Shown here: in pieces, positions 10,517 through 24,100 of the stretch
Layout of the letters: the number at the start of each line of letters is the position of its first letter
Numbering within the stretch: the stretch's first letter is position 1
Assembly: GCA_001244265.2 (NCBI GenBank)
Contig: CDLV01000012.1
Span: 1-64,000 of the forward strand
From: Microbotryum violaceum
Taxonomy: Eukaryota
Reading direction: 5' to 3'
DNA: 64,000 bases
Notes under the pieces: generated by a model
Database searches by the model: none
The model's input: only the letters and a program-made list of their open reading frames with translations
Told to the model about the DNA's origin: nothing
Made by a program: the position numbers and the translations under genes

Positions 10517-10859
10517 CGTGTCTTTCCTCTGAACACTCGCGACGCATCTAACAAAAATGACCACATGCAATGCGCTAGGCAGTGGCGTTGTTGACTTCGT
10601 TTGCGATGTTCTGGCCACATGTTATTCAGCGTCCACAGCCTAACGATCTTGGACCCCTCGTCGCTTTCGTGGGGCTGTACACGCACAATGATGTGTGGCC
10701 AGAACATCGAGATGCGAGCTTTGAGGTTTTAGGGACCACTTCGGGTCGTTGCCCCTAGGCACGACCCGCGAACGAAGTCGACAGCGCCACTGACTTGCGC
10801 TTTGCATGTGATCGCTGGCTTTGTCAGATGCGTCCCGGGTGTTCAGAGGACAGACACGA
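10517..10859. repeat. Nested imperfect inverted repeats forming a branched fold-back
   Basis: Outer stem 10517-10604 / 10769-10859. Inner hairpins at ~10604-10710 (CGATGTTCTGGCCACA / TGTGGCCAGAACATCG) and ~10742-10768 (CGGGTCGTTGCC / GGCACGACCCG). Confidence 0.85.
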
Positions 10860-10908
10860 GGCATCGTACCGACTCCCGAAGCCGATGCGGAAGATGGTAG
10901 CACGCCGT

Positions 10909-12150
10909 TCAAAGGACAATCCCACCGTCAGCCCAGACCTGGCGAGAACAGAGTAAAATAAGATCACAAAGGAGCTGCTGACGACTCCAAGAAGCCCACA
11001 AGCTGGACTTGTCTTTACCGAGGCCTCGTTTGAATATCATCTCATAACTATTCCGGCGAATATCATCCCCTAAATATTCCGGCTCGAAAAAGTGCTGCAT
11101 TGCATTCATTCCACTTGTGTCGCTCTACAGCAGATCATCCTTGATTGTCTCCCCATTCGCCAGCATCAATCGAGTGATCGTGTCGCACGCTTCGCCCCTC
11201 GTCAAATCCTCAATGATGAGCTAGCCCCCCACTTCCTCGCGCCCAGGGACCCAGAAACTGTCAATCACCTTTTTTCTACTTCCTTGCTTCTGTTCTTGAA
11301 GCAAGTTACGGATCAAATCGTGCTCAGAGCTTGAGTCTTTGGTTCGCCAGCGAGTATTGCCCACATGCTTTACATAGAGCGATGTGATTGTGTCAACCCT
11401 CTCGATCAACGCGGCAAGGTCATCAGATTCGTGTAGCATTATCTTCGAGTGGTTTTTCTTCGTGTGGCCAAATGCGCGCCATCGTGGATGATCGACTCCG
11501 GCCATTGCGGGGGGTTTCGAAACGATAATATATGAGGGGCCGACAGATATGGCGAATTTGTCTCGGCCGACAATGATCCAAGGATTGTCACTGAGCCGGC
11601 GAAGCAACGCCCGCGTTGGAGATTTAATGAACGACAACTTTTCGTGAGACGAAGATCTTGACACCGATGTCGAAGTCAAGGGTGAAAGATCGGAAACGAT
11701 TATCAAGTTGTTCCCAAGATCTGCTCAAGCCGCCATCAACATCTCCGTCCTCAATGAGCATCTTCACCCAGCATCGGGTTCACTTTTCTCGATATAAAGC
11801 AGGTGGTGCGACTAACCCATGTATAAGAGAGGGATTGAAGATCCGGATACTCCAGTAGGGTCATTTTTGTATTGCTCAGAGATCCACAAGTCCCATAAAT
11901 GTTCTTCGAGAGGTTTTGGCTTCGAAGCAGATGGCGTACATAGAGGGCGAAACTGGCTGAAGAGCCGAGCCAGAAAGCTCAATCCAACATTAGGAGACTG
12001 CATTTGCAGAACGGAGTAACGTCATGGTAAGTCTTTGGCCAGCTTCCTCCTTTGAAATAGTAGCTCGCAAACCTTGTCAACAATCATTGCTTTCAGATTC
12101 GCTCGATCGATTTTTTCCAACTTTGAGCCGCGTCCGTGCCTCAAAATCTG
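10909..12150 (-). pseudogene. Decayed coding sequence of unknown family
   Basis: Co-oriented ORF fragments (63, 161 and 66 aa) with protein-like composition, separated by single stops or frame switches. A possible CAG acceptor lies near 12148. Confidence 0.35.
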
Positions 12151-12950
12151 CAATCAATTGTTACCACTCAGTGGAGAAAGAAAACGAAAGAAACATCTAA
12201 TAAATTCAGAGTGCACTCACAGAGGGGGTACCAATAATCGCTTAATCCTCGAGTTCTGGTGTCTTGTGTTTCTCCAACACTTCTGGGAACTGCCCGTTCA
12301 CAAAAAAAAAAGGTGGGGTGGAGCTCAGTCGCTCTACTTTGGCCGACTTGCCTCGCCAAAAGCACTCACAAGCTTGTGTTGTAATGCAATTCGGACCGCA
12401 CACGAAACATGTTCTTCTGATCCCACCACAATGCGTACCTGCCCCTTGACCTCGCTGAGATCGAAATAGTTCGACTTTGACAGGTCTGAAACCGCGTCTC
12501 CCGAAGCTCCTGAGCGAGGTGTACTGTCGGCCGAGCCGCCAATCGCAGCGAGCAAATCGGAAGCGCATCCAGTGGATCCAGGGGGAGTCATGAGACCGCT
12601 TTTTGGTTCTTGTTCATCCATTTTTCGTTCCTGACCCCATGAGAATAGAGTACGGATTTGTATAAGAGTGCGAGGCATAAGTCGGACGTGTGGGCCCACG
12701 AAAGCTGAAACGCAACGATCGCGCAACGCAAGACCGACGCCAACGCTACGAGTGCCGATGGCTCGGTGCGACTGATACATCGAGCGAACTTGAAAACGTG
12801 CTGACGGCACCAACATCGAGCGTAGACCAACAAGACTCATCACGCCAAGTGTTGGAATCATGATGCCCAACGGTGTGGTCAAAAGGGGACAGAGTGCGAA
12901 GCTTGCAAACTGCCCGTTGAGTTCGGTGCTGCGAAGCGGCGCAACCTGAA

Positions 12951-13100
12951 TAGCAAAAAAACACCCCTGAAATGAAATGATCCCGGGATCGGGCCCCCAA
13001 TTTCAAATGCATTTGGGATCGCTACGCCGATACCAAATCGCTGCACCGATTTCAAATTGGGGGCCCGATCCCGGGATCATGCCATTTCAGGTTTTTGCTA
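12951..13100. mobile_element. MITE-like element, ~150 bp with ~50-bp terminal inverted repeats
   Basis: TAGCAAAAA...CCTGAAATG..ATGATCCCGGGATCGGGCCCCCAATTT pairs with AAATTGGGGGCCCGATCCCGGGATCAT..CATTTCAGG.TTTTTGCTA. TA is present at both ends and there is no ORF. Confidence 0.6.
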
Positions 13101-14038
13101 TCTGGCGCGCCTGCAAGCGTCGCGCGGCTTTTGGTAGCGAATAAGTTGCGCGATGACATGCTGCAGCATCCGCTCACTCCGAGATGAGAGGGCGACCCAA
13201 ACCCTTGTGCAGGAGCTACAAGTGAACACGTTCCAGTAAGCAATAGTAGATTGACATCTTGTCTCAAAGCACGAAGGGCAGAGAACTGGCTGGCATGCGA
13301 TCGCAAAACCGAGCCCAGCTCACCCCCACCCCCACATTCCCTACCTCCATCCACCCGAGCCCTCGTGCGACCGGAAGGAACGTCCGGCAAATGAATTGAC
13401 AACAACAAAAGAGAGAATTTTTCTTGCGGATTTATCACAACTTGGAAACCCCGCCTTCCGCCCGCTCTTTGTCCAAAGGGTCCTCAAGGCTCCTCTCAAT
13501 CGATCGTGCTTGCCGGGCTCCTCCTCGCCGCTGACGCGTCCACGGTCGAAGAGGCGATCGAGGCTCGGCGGTTCTAAATTTCCTCAATTGATCAAGTCTA
13601 TTGTTCAGTGGTGGCTCGCAATGTTTGATGGGTGTGTGTGCCTCGGTAGCAGGTGAAACTAATTATGATGGAGAAGCTCCTTGTCCTTCCATGTAGGCAC
13701 GATTTACGATGCTTTGAAAAAAGGTCGAAACAGCCAACGATGAGATTCTTCGCGGCTAAGGCCCTTCAGCTTTGACGGGAATGGACAGGGAAGAGAAGTG
13801 TGCAAAAGAGCGAATTTCGTTTGTTTTACACAGTGGTACGTAAATGGGTACGGGCAGATCTCATGGTCCATGATGAAGAACAAGTAAAGAAGAGAGAGCG
13901 GAAGATGAGGCGAAGGGGAATTAATTCGTGACCGGGGCGCGTATGTAGTGAGCGAAGGCGTGAAAAGCCTTCACCCACAAGCATTAAACATTTTCTGAAG
14001 AATACAAAGCGACCCCACCCAAAAAGCAAACACCAGGC

Positions 14039-16990
14039 TCAAACCAGTGCTTCGATGATCGTGTTTCCTCGCTCGTCAATCGCGGCCTGCTTGTTCGCCT
14101 TGGACGCTCGAACAGGATGCGGCGCCGAGAAGATCGTTTCAAGTTCTTCGAGCGTGCGTCCTTGTGTTTCGACTCCGAGAAAAGACCACACGACTGCTTC
14201 GATACAACTGCAAAAAAGGGAGGGATGAGGAGGTGTCAGCCGAGAAACAAATATCGTCACCGCATTATGTCGCTGCTACGCTGATCGAGCGAGACGGGCT
14301 CGCCAAAGCACCGAGTACAAGACGCATGTCGAATCACTCACTCCCACCCTGTCCATATAGCAAAACATAGAAACGATTAGCACGAGGTATGAAATCATTG
14401 AACGAGCGATCGAGACAAAACCCCGGCTCAGCGGGCTAACTAGGTTATCAAGCCCCTGTGTCTGCGTGCCGCTCGAATCCCGAGCTTCGCAGCGAGGTTC
14501 TCAACCACTGTTCGGAATCGTATCTCAGCCCGTCATATCGAGAAGTACTTACCAACGAAGAACCAGATCAAGTTGTACTCGATGTTCTCAAGCGCGATCG
14601 GGATCGCGTAAGTGTTGATGAAACTGACGCAGGAGACGAAGAAGGCGTAAGCAGCCCTGGTTGAAAGAGTCCAAATAACAAACCAAGTCAGTGCGATCAA
14701 CAGTCAAGTTCGTTTGTACAAGGCTTGTTCAGCTATCCGCGTATTGACGGAGACGCGGCAAATGAAGCGCGCATCCGAACGGCCCGAGTGCAAGCCGTGC
14801 TCGCCGCCCACGAATGCCTCCGAAGCTCGGCGAGCGAAGCAACGTCGCATCGAAGAAACTCTGCAAACGCCAGCACTCACATTCCCTTCGCCCTCGTGTT
14901 CGTCTGCAGACACTCGACGGGATACAGAGCTTGAAGTGGCGAGTAAGTGAACGAGTAGACGATGTTGAAGAGGAAAAAAGACGCGATCGCGAAGCGGCCG
15001 ATGTTGAGGTTGTGTGCGGTTGGGTCTTCGATCGCCCACTGTGGGACATTCGTCATGTTATAACATCAGCATCTTCAAACCCAGGGGACGTCAGAGCGGA
15101 CCGGAATAGTTGGTGACCCACCAGATGTGTCGCCATGCCATTCATAGCGAGCCAGAACGCGCACGCCAAAGTTCCCCATACCAAAATCGGTCGTCGCCGA
15201 ACCGAGTCCGCAAGCGAGACGCCGATCACCGCTCCAATCGCCGACGTGATGGTGTTGACGAGGTTGAGGACGAACTGCATGATGTTCGAGTAGCCAACGT
15301 AGGAGTAGATCTGGAAATTGAAGTACCCGAGACCGTTTCCCGAAAATTGACCGGCGATGCTCATCAAGCCGACCATCAACGAACGCCACCTCGCATTCTT
15401 GGTCCGGAAGAGTTCGGAAAAGTCCCACCATCGTTTGTCCGACGCGTCGGTTCGGATGTCCTCAACCATCTCGGACCACTCAAGCTCGACGATCGCCGAA
15501 GTTGGATCACCGTTGCCGTGGTATTTGACGAGAAACGCGCGTGCTTCTTCGCCTCGACCTTGAGCGATCAACCAACGAGGCGACTCGGGGAGGAACATGA
15601 CGGCGGCGATGACGACGCAGGCGGGGAAGCATTGCGCGAGAACTGGAATGCGCCAAGCCCAGTTCGAGTGAATGTACGACGTGCCGAGCGTTATGCCCGC
15701 GGCCGGTATGCTGCCCGCGAACCACCCACAGTTGTACGCTCCTGTCGCTCGTCCTCGCCACGAAGGGGGTGCAATCTCTACGCAGTAACTTGGCGAAGCG
15801 GTCGTGGTGATTGCAATTCCGAAACCGAGAATGAACCGGCCGGCGATGAACTGCCCCTTGGCGTGCGAAGTCGTCGCGACGATCGACCCGAGCACGATGG
15901 CGACGCAGCCAACTTGCATCCCGACGCGTCGTCCAAAGTGATCCGCTATCGGTGCCGAGACCATCGATCCGAACATCTGTCCGATGGTGTAGATGGCGAA
16001 AATGATGCCCGTCGTCGACCCCACGAGGCCCGAGTTGAACTGGCGCTGGTATGCCGCCATGTTGTTGATGCTCGCCATGAGCGAGCCATCGAAGCCGTTC
16101 GCGGTGCTGCAAAGGAAGGCGACGAAGCTGAAGGCGGCGGTGACGCAAGTCGAGCAAAGCGCAGAATGTTGGAGATGAAGGGTGAGATATGATGTGCGTC
16201 CGTTCACAAGGTGGTCATCGAGTCGTGAAAGGGGGCGATCAAAAAAAAAGAGTGCGTCGACAGGGCCAGAACCGACCGCGGAAATTCAAATTCAAGAGTT
16301 AAAAAAGCGACCAAAGCGTGCCCCAGATCAGCAACGCGCTCCTTTCCGGCTGGGCTCTCTTGGCAACTGTTAATTACCTAGCTCGAGCGGAATTGACTCA
16401 CATTGCTGCAAATAGCGTCAACGAGGCTGTGGGATCAGGAAAAAAATCGATACTAATTTAACACAAGCACGACCACGCATGCAAGAACGTCCTGTTTCTT
16501 TCATCTCCGTCGACGTCCTTGATGCGATATGGTCCCTCTCCTCGAGCTCCTCGGGCGGCCCTTGAAGACAGGGGGGCATCTCCACCCCCCACGGTTTGGT
16601 GGCCGATCTACGACTCGTCGACGGGAAGAGGAGAGGTGTCGTCGCACGTATTGCGCGCTTTCTCTTCCGAAAGAATGAAACCAAAGCTCGAGCAAAGAGA
16701 ACCTCCCACAAACATATTCTAAACTCACCTCTGGACCTGATGTCCATCTTGCCAGAAGCGTGCACCGCCGCGGTTAACGCGGCCGAGCGCACCTCCTGGA
16801 CGGGCGCGGCGCTGGCATTGTCGAGCTTGATGCTTTCAGTGCGACGCTGGCGCAACGGGTTGAGATGCGCTTGCGACGACGACGACTCGCTGCCATGCGT
16901 CGCCTGTTTCTCGAGATCGGCTTTGGTCGAGATCGTTTGGGTGCTCGTCTGGTCCGGGTCGATCGCATCGAGAGTGGTGGGGTCGGACAT
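14039..16990 (-). CDS. MFS sugar-porter family transporter (lactose permease / cellodextrin transporter-like), multi-exon
   Basis: Motifs ANGFDGSLM, DHFGRR, YCVEIAPPSWRG, WAWRIP, PESPRWL, GQFSGN, YPVECL and VETQGRTLEE. ATG at 16990 and TGA at 14039-14041. Small exons at 16402-16426 and 14342-14348. Confidence 0.93.
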
Positions 16991-17683
16991 GGTGGTCGAG
17001 CGGAGTGGTCGTTGTTGTGGGTCGTTTAGTCGCACGCGTCGACTCGACTCGGTTCGGCGTTCGGAGCAACCAGAAAAAATCGAGGATGACCTGCTTGCTG
17101 GATGAGAGACGTTCGAGGTGCGAGAGGGTAGAAAGCGAGCGACTGATGTTCGGAGATGATACAGAGAGAAAGCGAGTCCGAAATGCGTGAAAGGAAAGTG
17201 AAAGAGCGAAACTACAAGTGCGATTGAGGTTGAAGAATAGAGTGGACGACGCTCCACAAGCCAAAGCACTAGACGACTCTAAGCCCGCCGCTGGCCGATG
17301 TGCGCTGGCCGACGTCGCCGGGCTGAGTCGGAAGCTCCCTTCGCTCCCTCCTACCCGATCGAGGCGCTCCTAACGGCGATGACGCCGAACTTAACTCAGG
17401 AGCCCAGAGCACTTTCTCTCACGGACGCTCATCACCGAAACCGATGAACGCGACATGCCTAATAACTTGACCGGTCGCCGATCCTCGCTTCACGTGTCTT
17501 CCAATGAAAATGGCCGGTGTTACTACCTTCTTCGAAGAGATCGGGAGTCGGGGACAAAATGTGCCGAGCCCGGCGAACCCGGGCGACTCGGATCCCGTAC
17601 CGGGTCCGGCTGAAGAAGATGCTAGAGTATGATTTAATTCAGTCTAGGTACTGCAATGCTGTTAACACCAACTATTCCTCCCT

Positions 17684-20600
17684 CTACACCTTCTTCCCCG
17701 CAGCCGCATCCTGCTTGAGCGGCGCAATCAAATTCAACACCAACTCGTCCTCCCCCTCCGTCGCACCGTCCCCGCCCTTCTTCAACCTCGAGTCCGAATC
17801 CAACGCGAAATACGCGACCCTCATCCCCTGGAACCTCACCACTTCCAACCCTTCGACCTGAGGCGGCGCATCAGTGCCATTCTTCTCCGCCTCCTTCTTC
17901 CTCTCCTCGACGATCTCCTTGGCCCTCTTCATCGACTGATCAATGACCTCCCATATGCCCGTCTCAATCATCGCTCCATCGACGATCGTCAAAGAGTTGG
18001 GATCGATATCTTCAATGTACTTGTCCCCCAACGAAGCCGGATCGTCGGACTTGAACAGCCGCTTGAAAATCTTCGCTTGCTTGATCTTCACGGGCGAGCA
18101 CGACGGCCCATGTTCAGCGACCCACTGGATCCACGCCTTGGGTTTGATCGTCTTGCCCACTTCGTACCGACATCTAACCTCCTTGACTCCACCCTTCTGA
18201 TCAACCTCATGCGACAAATACGTAATCGCATGAGGCACCTGCAACAACCCGACCGTCGCACCGGGACAAAGTCGAAAGAAATCCTTCGAGTTACCATCCG
18301 CTCTAAAATCGTCAATGTCGATGTAGAACGTCTTGGTGAACGGAATCTTGTTCGATCCCATCTCGGGGAGTTTGGGATGCAACGATTTTTCAATCTCGAG
18401 GTAAAAGTCGTCGTCAACGTTTTCAAGCACGACTTTGATCGGTTTGAGCACCATCATTAGCCGCGGCGTCGACATTTCGAGGTGCTGGCGCACGGTCTGC
18501 TCAAAGCGAGCGAGCGAGACGAGTGACGAGTTGGGTGAGACGCCGAGGTGTGAAACGAAAGCGATGATGGCCGCTGGGGGTACACCTCGTCGCTTGAGGG
18601 CAATGAGGGTGTGCAGTCGAGGATCGTCCCATCCCGAGACGTGGCCCTCCTTGACGAGTCGCAGTAGCTTCCGCTTTGAGGTGATCGCGCCTTCGAGTGA
18701 CAGTCGGCCGTACTCGGATTGACGAGGCTTGTACACCTTGAGCGCGTCGCACAGCCACTCGTAGGCTGTTCGAGCCCCGATGAACTCGGTCGTACACAAC
18801 GAGTGGCTGTGACAGATGGCGAGAAAGAACGAGTCAGCCTCGCAAGACACGTGACCTCGATCGAACTCGACAACTTACGAGATGTTCTCGAACGAATCAC
18901 ACAGGCAATGGGTGAAATCGTACGTCGGATAAATGCACCAGTCGGTGCCCGTCCGATGATGCGGTGTCAGCAATACGCGATAAGCGATGATGTCCCACAT
19001 GGTCGGGTTCGGGCTCGACATGTCCTGCTTCATCCTCAGGGTCATCTCCCCGGGTTTGTATTTCCCATTCTTCATGTCCTCGAACTCTTTCAACGATTGT
19101 TCGATCGGCTTGGTGCGGTCCTTGGAATCGTGGCGCGGGCCATGTTCTTTGCCTCCTCGTTGTGCGGCGATGTCCTCGGCTGCGAAGGGTCAAGTCGCAG
19201 AGGTCAGTCTCTGATCATCACACCTCTCCCAAGTCGAGCTCTTTCACTGACCCGTATCATCCGACGTATAAGCCAATCCTGCCTTGATCAACTCGTTGGC
19301 CAAATCATACAACTTTTGAAAGTGGTCGCTCGAATGGGTGATCTTGTACGGTTCGTAGCCGAGCCAGCGCACGGCCTCGAGGATCTTGTCAAAGTAGATC
19401 TGTTCCTCGGCCTCGGGGTTGGTATCGTCGTAGCGCAGGTAGCAGTGACCTTTGTTGTATTTTGCGTAGCCAAAGTTGACGGCGATGGCTTTCGAATGAC
19501 CGATCTGGGAATAGCGCGGTGTGAAGGCAAAGTCAATCGACTGCACCTCCCCCACATCGCCTCCCTGCGACGAGCCGAACGCGCCAACTGACATGCAAGA
19601 ACCCATTCGGTTCCGGTGGGAATCGGGTAAACACCTTGCCTCCCGTCGCTTTGAGATGCTCCTCCATTCGCTCAGGGTAGACCTGCTCGTTCCCTCCCGG
19701 TTTGTGCAATCGCGCGAGCCATCCTGTGCCAAACATGTCTTCGGGTTTATCGTCAGAGACGACCGACGAAGGGGCCGCAGCCGCAGGTATTGTCGATACC
19801 TTCTTGGTCAGAAAGGAAGAGTCAGAATGCCTGCGTAGGCTATCGCAATTGTCTTCATCCGCCGACTGACCTTGTCCCCAGCTTTGCCCCCCTTGCCCGC
19901 TACAGCAGCAGCCGCCGCCTTCGGATCTGGTTTCTGGCCCAAAAGCTCGACATAGACAGCGTTCAACGCATCGCGGAGTTGAAGCATGTTGACCCATCGC
20001 AAAAAGTCGTCGTTGGACTTGAGTTGGGCCGAAATCTTGTTGATACCCGGCCAACCGAGTTTGGTGATCTCGTCCTTGTGCGCGTTGACGTAAGCCCGCA
20101 CGGCGAAGAGCACTTGTTCTGGTGTGGCCGAGAAGCCTGCGTAAGTTGCAAGTGGTGGCGAGGGGGGAGGGTATGGAGTAGGCGAAGTCAGTCCAGTCAG
20201 CGCGACCGGGCCCAAAAGAGCTGTACAGTCTCAAGCTGAATTGCCAAGACCGATCACGTACCAACACCACACGCCTTGTTGAACTCTGCTTCATCAACCT
20301 CTGGGCCCGGATGACTAGACAAGTACTTGACAGCAGCTGGTGAAAGTGAACGTAGCCCCGTATGAGCCACGCTCCTTCCATGCCTCCCCCTCCTCTCTCT
20401 CTCGCCAACTCCCGCAACTCACCAGTCACCTGTTCCGCTCTCTCCAAAGCACCATCCTGAACTCTCCCAACCAAATAAGCCTGTCCCCCCTGCCCAACTT
20501 TCCCAGCCTCTTTAACGAGCTGCAACATCAATAAAGCCTGCTTATCGCTCAAACTTTTCCTCTCGAGCTCATGTTTCCTGAAAAAGCTTTCGACCGTCAA

Positions 20601-20708
20601 ACTCGTTTTAGATCGTACCGTTTCGGTAGAACGAACTTCGGATAGACCGCATCGTTGAAAGTAGTGACAGAGGTCTTCTTGGGCTCTGTCGAGGGGTGGG
20701 AGCGCCAT
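17684..20708 (-). CDS. GLN4: Glutaminyl-tRNA synthetase, multi-exon
   Basis: [18 protein letters not shown] (HIGH motif split by an intron), [42 protein letters not shown] and GWDDPRL. Confidence 0.96.
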
Positions 20709-21156
20709 CGTGGAGGAGGGGAGAACGTGCGAGCGAGTGCGAGTACAGCGAGTACGGGCTGCGTAGCAGAGGGTGTGGCTACAGGTCGATAAAGGGGAGA
20801 TTTCCTTTTGTGAATAGAATACCGAGTTGTCGTGTTGCTGGACAGAGGAGGAGAAGCGAACAGCCACGCCAAGCGCCGCTCTCAGCTCGAGGTGACGTGC
20901 GCCCGACTTCGCAGGACTTTGACCGAGACTTCTCGACGCGCGGAACTCGGCCGAGACTTGGCTAAATCCTCGCAACTTCTTCCAATGCCCAAACGGAGCC
21001 AGATGAAAAAGATCAACCAACACAAAATATGTGGTATTGCACGATAAGCATATAAGAAAAGAAAAAGAAGCCCAACAGACAAACGAGCGATCACTAATAA
21101 GAAATACGCATAAAAACACCGGAAGTCCATCCTCATCGGAACTAAGAACATCTTCT

Positions 21157-24100
21157 CTACTCTTCCGACTCGAAACTACTCGGCCAACTCACCGCCAACC
21201 TCGGCACCGCGTCGACGAAACCCTTATTGAATTTTTTCCCCTCGTCCTCTTCCTGCTGCAAGCGCGCGACCCAATCGGTCCATTCGTCCAACGCGTCCTC
21301 GTACTCCCTCAAACTACGCACCGCGTATTGATGCAAAGTTTGATCATAGACCTCGGCGCGAAACCGTTCGGGAATGGCGGGGACGGGTGCACCCGATTCA
21401 CGAAACATGTCCAATGCGGCTGGGGGGAGAATCGAGATTCGTTTCGAGAAACGCAACGAGACGCGCGGTGAGACCAGTCCGTTCGTCGCACCACCGCTTC
21501 CATTCGCACCGGCAGCGCCATGAAGCAACATCGATCGTCGTCGAGGTTGTTGAGGGAACACGCTATCACCCGAAACAATCGATAACCCGCTGATTGAAGG
21601 AGCTCCACCGGATTGAGGCATCGAGTCACCGACGATAGGTGGCGTCTCGGCCGCGGCGGGAGCAACAGCAGCACCTTCGAATTCGAACGCAAAAAACGCC
21701 GGCGACGAAGGTCTCGGATCCAAAGGCATCGGAATATCTACCGCTTCCCCAAGCTCAGGCGTCGAAGGCACCGTCGCCCAAGCCGGATCGCTCTGCTCGG
21801 GACTCGATCGCGCCGCCGAATCGGCCGAGTCGACCGACGAGAGGCTTCTAACCGACGACGCCGACGATCCAGTGCCGTTCGGTTGCCGAGGGTTGCGAAG
21901 CATATTCTTGGCACTCGCAACGCTATCCAGGATGAAAGGGTTGATGCGAGAATTTGACCTCAGCTCCTCCATGCTCGAGATGCTCGACTGCTTGCCGGAC
22001 GCATGCTGTTTCTTGCCGAGACCACCCTTGAGCCACGACACCACGCGAGCGACGGAAGGGACGCCCTTCTTCCCGCCCGAGCCGTTCGCCGAACCGGGGG
22101 GCGTCAACGACCCATCACCGGGTAAATGAAGGAACGACGACGAGGACGACGTCAACGCGGGCGACGATCTGACCATCTCCTGCTTGACCTCGTCGTCGTC
22201 ACTGCCCGAATCCTCCGAGTCCTCCGGCAATGGGCCGACGAGCTCGTCGACGGTGAAAGGTGCCTCCTTGACGCCGCGCGTTGAGCATATCGTCGATCGT
22301 TTCGGCTTGAACATGTCATCGTCGGTCAAAGTATCAAGAGGTTCGAGCTCGTCGTGTCGGCGGCGAATGGCTTCGAGTCGCACGTTCATGAGTCCGAACA
22401 GCGCAAGAATGGCCGGATCACGAGGTGCATCAGGATGTTGCTCCGCATCGACGACGCCGAGACGAGCGAGACGCCAGACGAGCAGTCGGATGAAGTAGCC
22501 TCGGACGCCGGCGTTCCAGTGCAAGTAGAGACGAGGGAACAGCACCTTGTCCAAGATGATGTTCTCGCACAGCTCCTTGCGATCCGAAGGTCGCAGAGTG
22601 AAGCTGGGAAGAACGGTAATAGCAAAAGGGTCAGCACACCCGCAAATCAAGAGCAAGATCACGCGAACAAGAGCGCCGACTCACATCTCAAAATGAGCAT
22701 AAATGAACGCGATTGTACGCATCACCGTAACCGTATTATCCGCCTCAGCCAGGATGATCCGAATGAACGAAAAGATGAAGGGGATATCAAACATTTCGAG
22801 GCACGACTCCGCCGGCCGCGGAACGATATGTTCGTCGTCCATGTTCTTGGACGCCGAAGGAGGCGGGTAAGAAAGTGTGTAGATCATCCCTTCGAGCAAA
22901 TCAAGAAGAATGAACACCGATCGCGTATCCCAAAGCGACGTCTTCTTGACACAAGCTCGGATCCAAAGCTGCAGCATCTTGCCAAACACCCGTCGACGCG
23001 TCTCCGCGTCCGAATTCGCAAGCGTCGAGGTCGTATCCCCCGGCGGTGCAGGCGACCCTCCGACGATGTCGAGCAAAGTCGCGACGACGCGTCGGTTCGC
23101 CAACTCGAGAATCTTGGGTTTCTGACCAAAGCTGAGATTCGCCGAGTCGTTGGTGTTGAAGTTGCTATTGTTCGGCGTGATGGACGTCACGGACCGAAGG
23201 TTGCGATGGATCAGTGCGTCGGTCTTTTCAAGGATCGACGCGGCGAGGAATAAGCATCCGGGAGCCATGATGACGGCGGAGGGATCGACAGGAGGCAGCG
23301 AGTTGAACTCTTCGCGTGCTTCAATGGGGACGAGTTGAGCGGCGAGTTGACGATGGTACGCGCGGTAGAACGCAAAGGGCAAGTCCGAGTCGGAAGCGGT
23401 CCATCGAATGAGCCTGTACATCGTATCACTCGCTTTCAGTCAGCGTCTGATATTCACACCCAAAGTAGCTCCCACACGCACCAATTGCCCGACATGTCAA
23501 TCACTACCTCGCCATCTGAGACCAGCACGCTAGCGTCCTCCGTCGTCGGCTTCGCCACAGTCGGAAGAAGCAGATTCGTATACGAGCGCATGTCGCGCAG
23601 ACACAGATCCCAAAGGTGGGGAGGGAAGACGTCAAGATCGATCGCAGGGAGATTGTATTCGTCGACGCCGACTTCTTCGAGGATGCGTCGAAGGTACGCC
23701 TTTTTGATCGGCGGCAAGGCCTTGAGCAATTTGAGTGCGACACCTTCGATGCGAAAGAACGACAAAGCGAGGATTCGACCGGAGAAAACGAGCGTGTTGG
23801 CATACACGGCTTTGTCGTTGAGTTTCTCGATCGCGAACGACAGGACTTTGACGACCGCCGATCGGTACTGCGCTTGCGATGCCTCGTCGTCCTGGAGCTC
23901 GAGCGTCGACGTAAAGTGGCACTCGAGGATCGCCGCCACGGCCTCGAGACAGATCCCTCGGTGCGTCGGCTGCATCTCACGCAGTTCGGTCGTCAAGACG
24001 TCCAACCACCCAAACAACACCTGCCGTTGTTGTGTTGCAAGTGAAGGCGTGACGCGAGGTGAAGGTGCGTCCTCTTCAGTCCTAAGGAAAGCGAGGATCG

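Noticed and set aside
15110..16192. Long antisense ORFs over the transporter (similar ones over GLN4, the DUF1765 gene, the LINE and KRS1)
   Set aside because: Shadow frames expected from high-GC codon bias, with no motifs.
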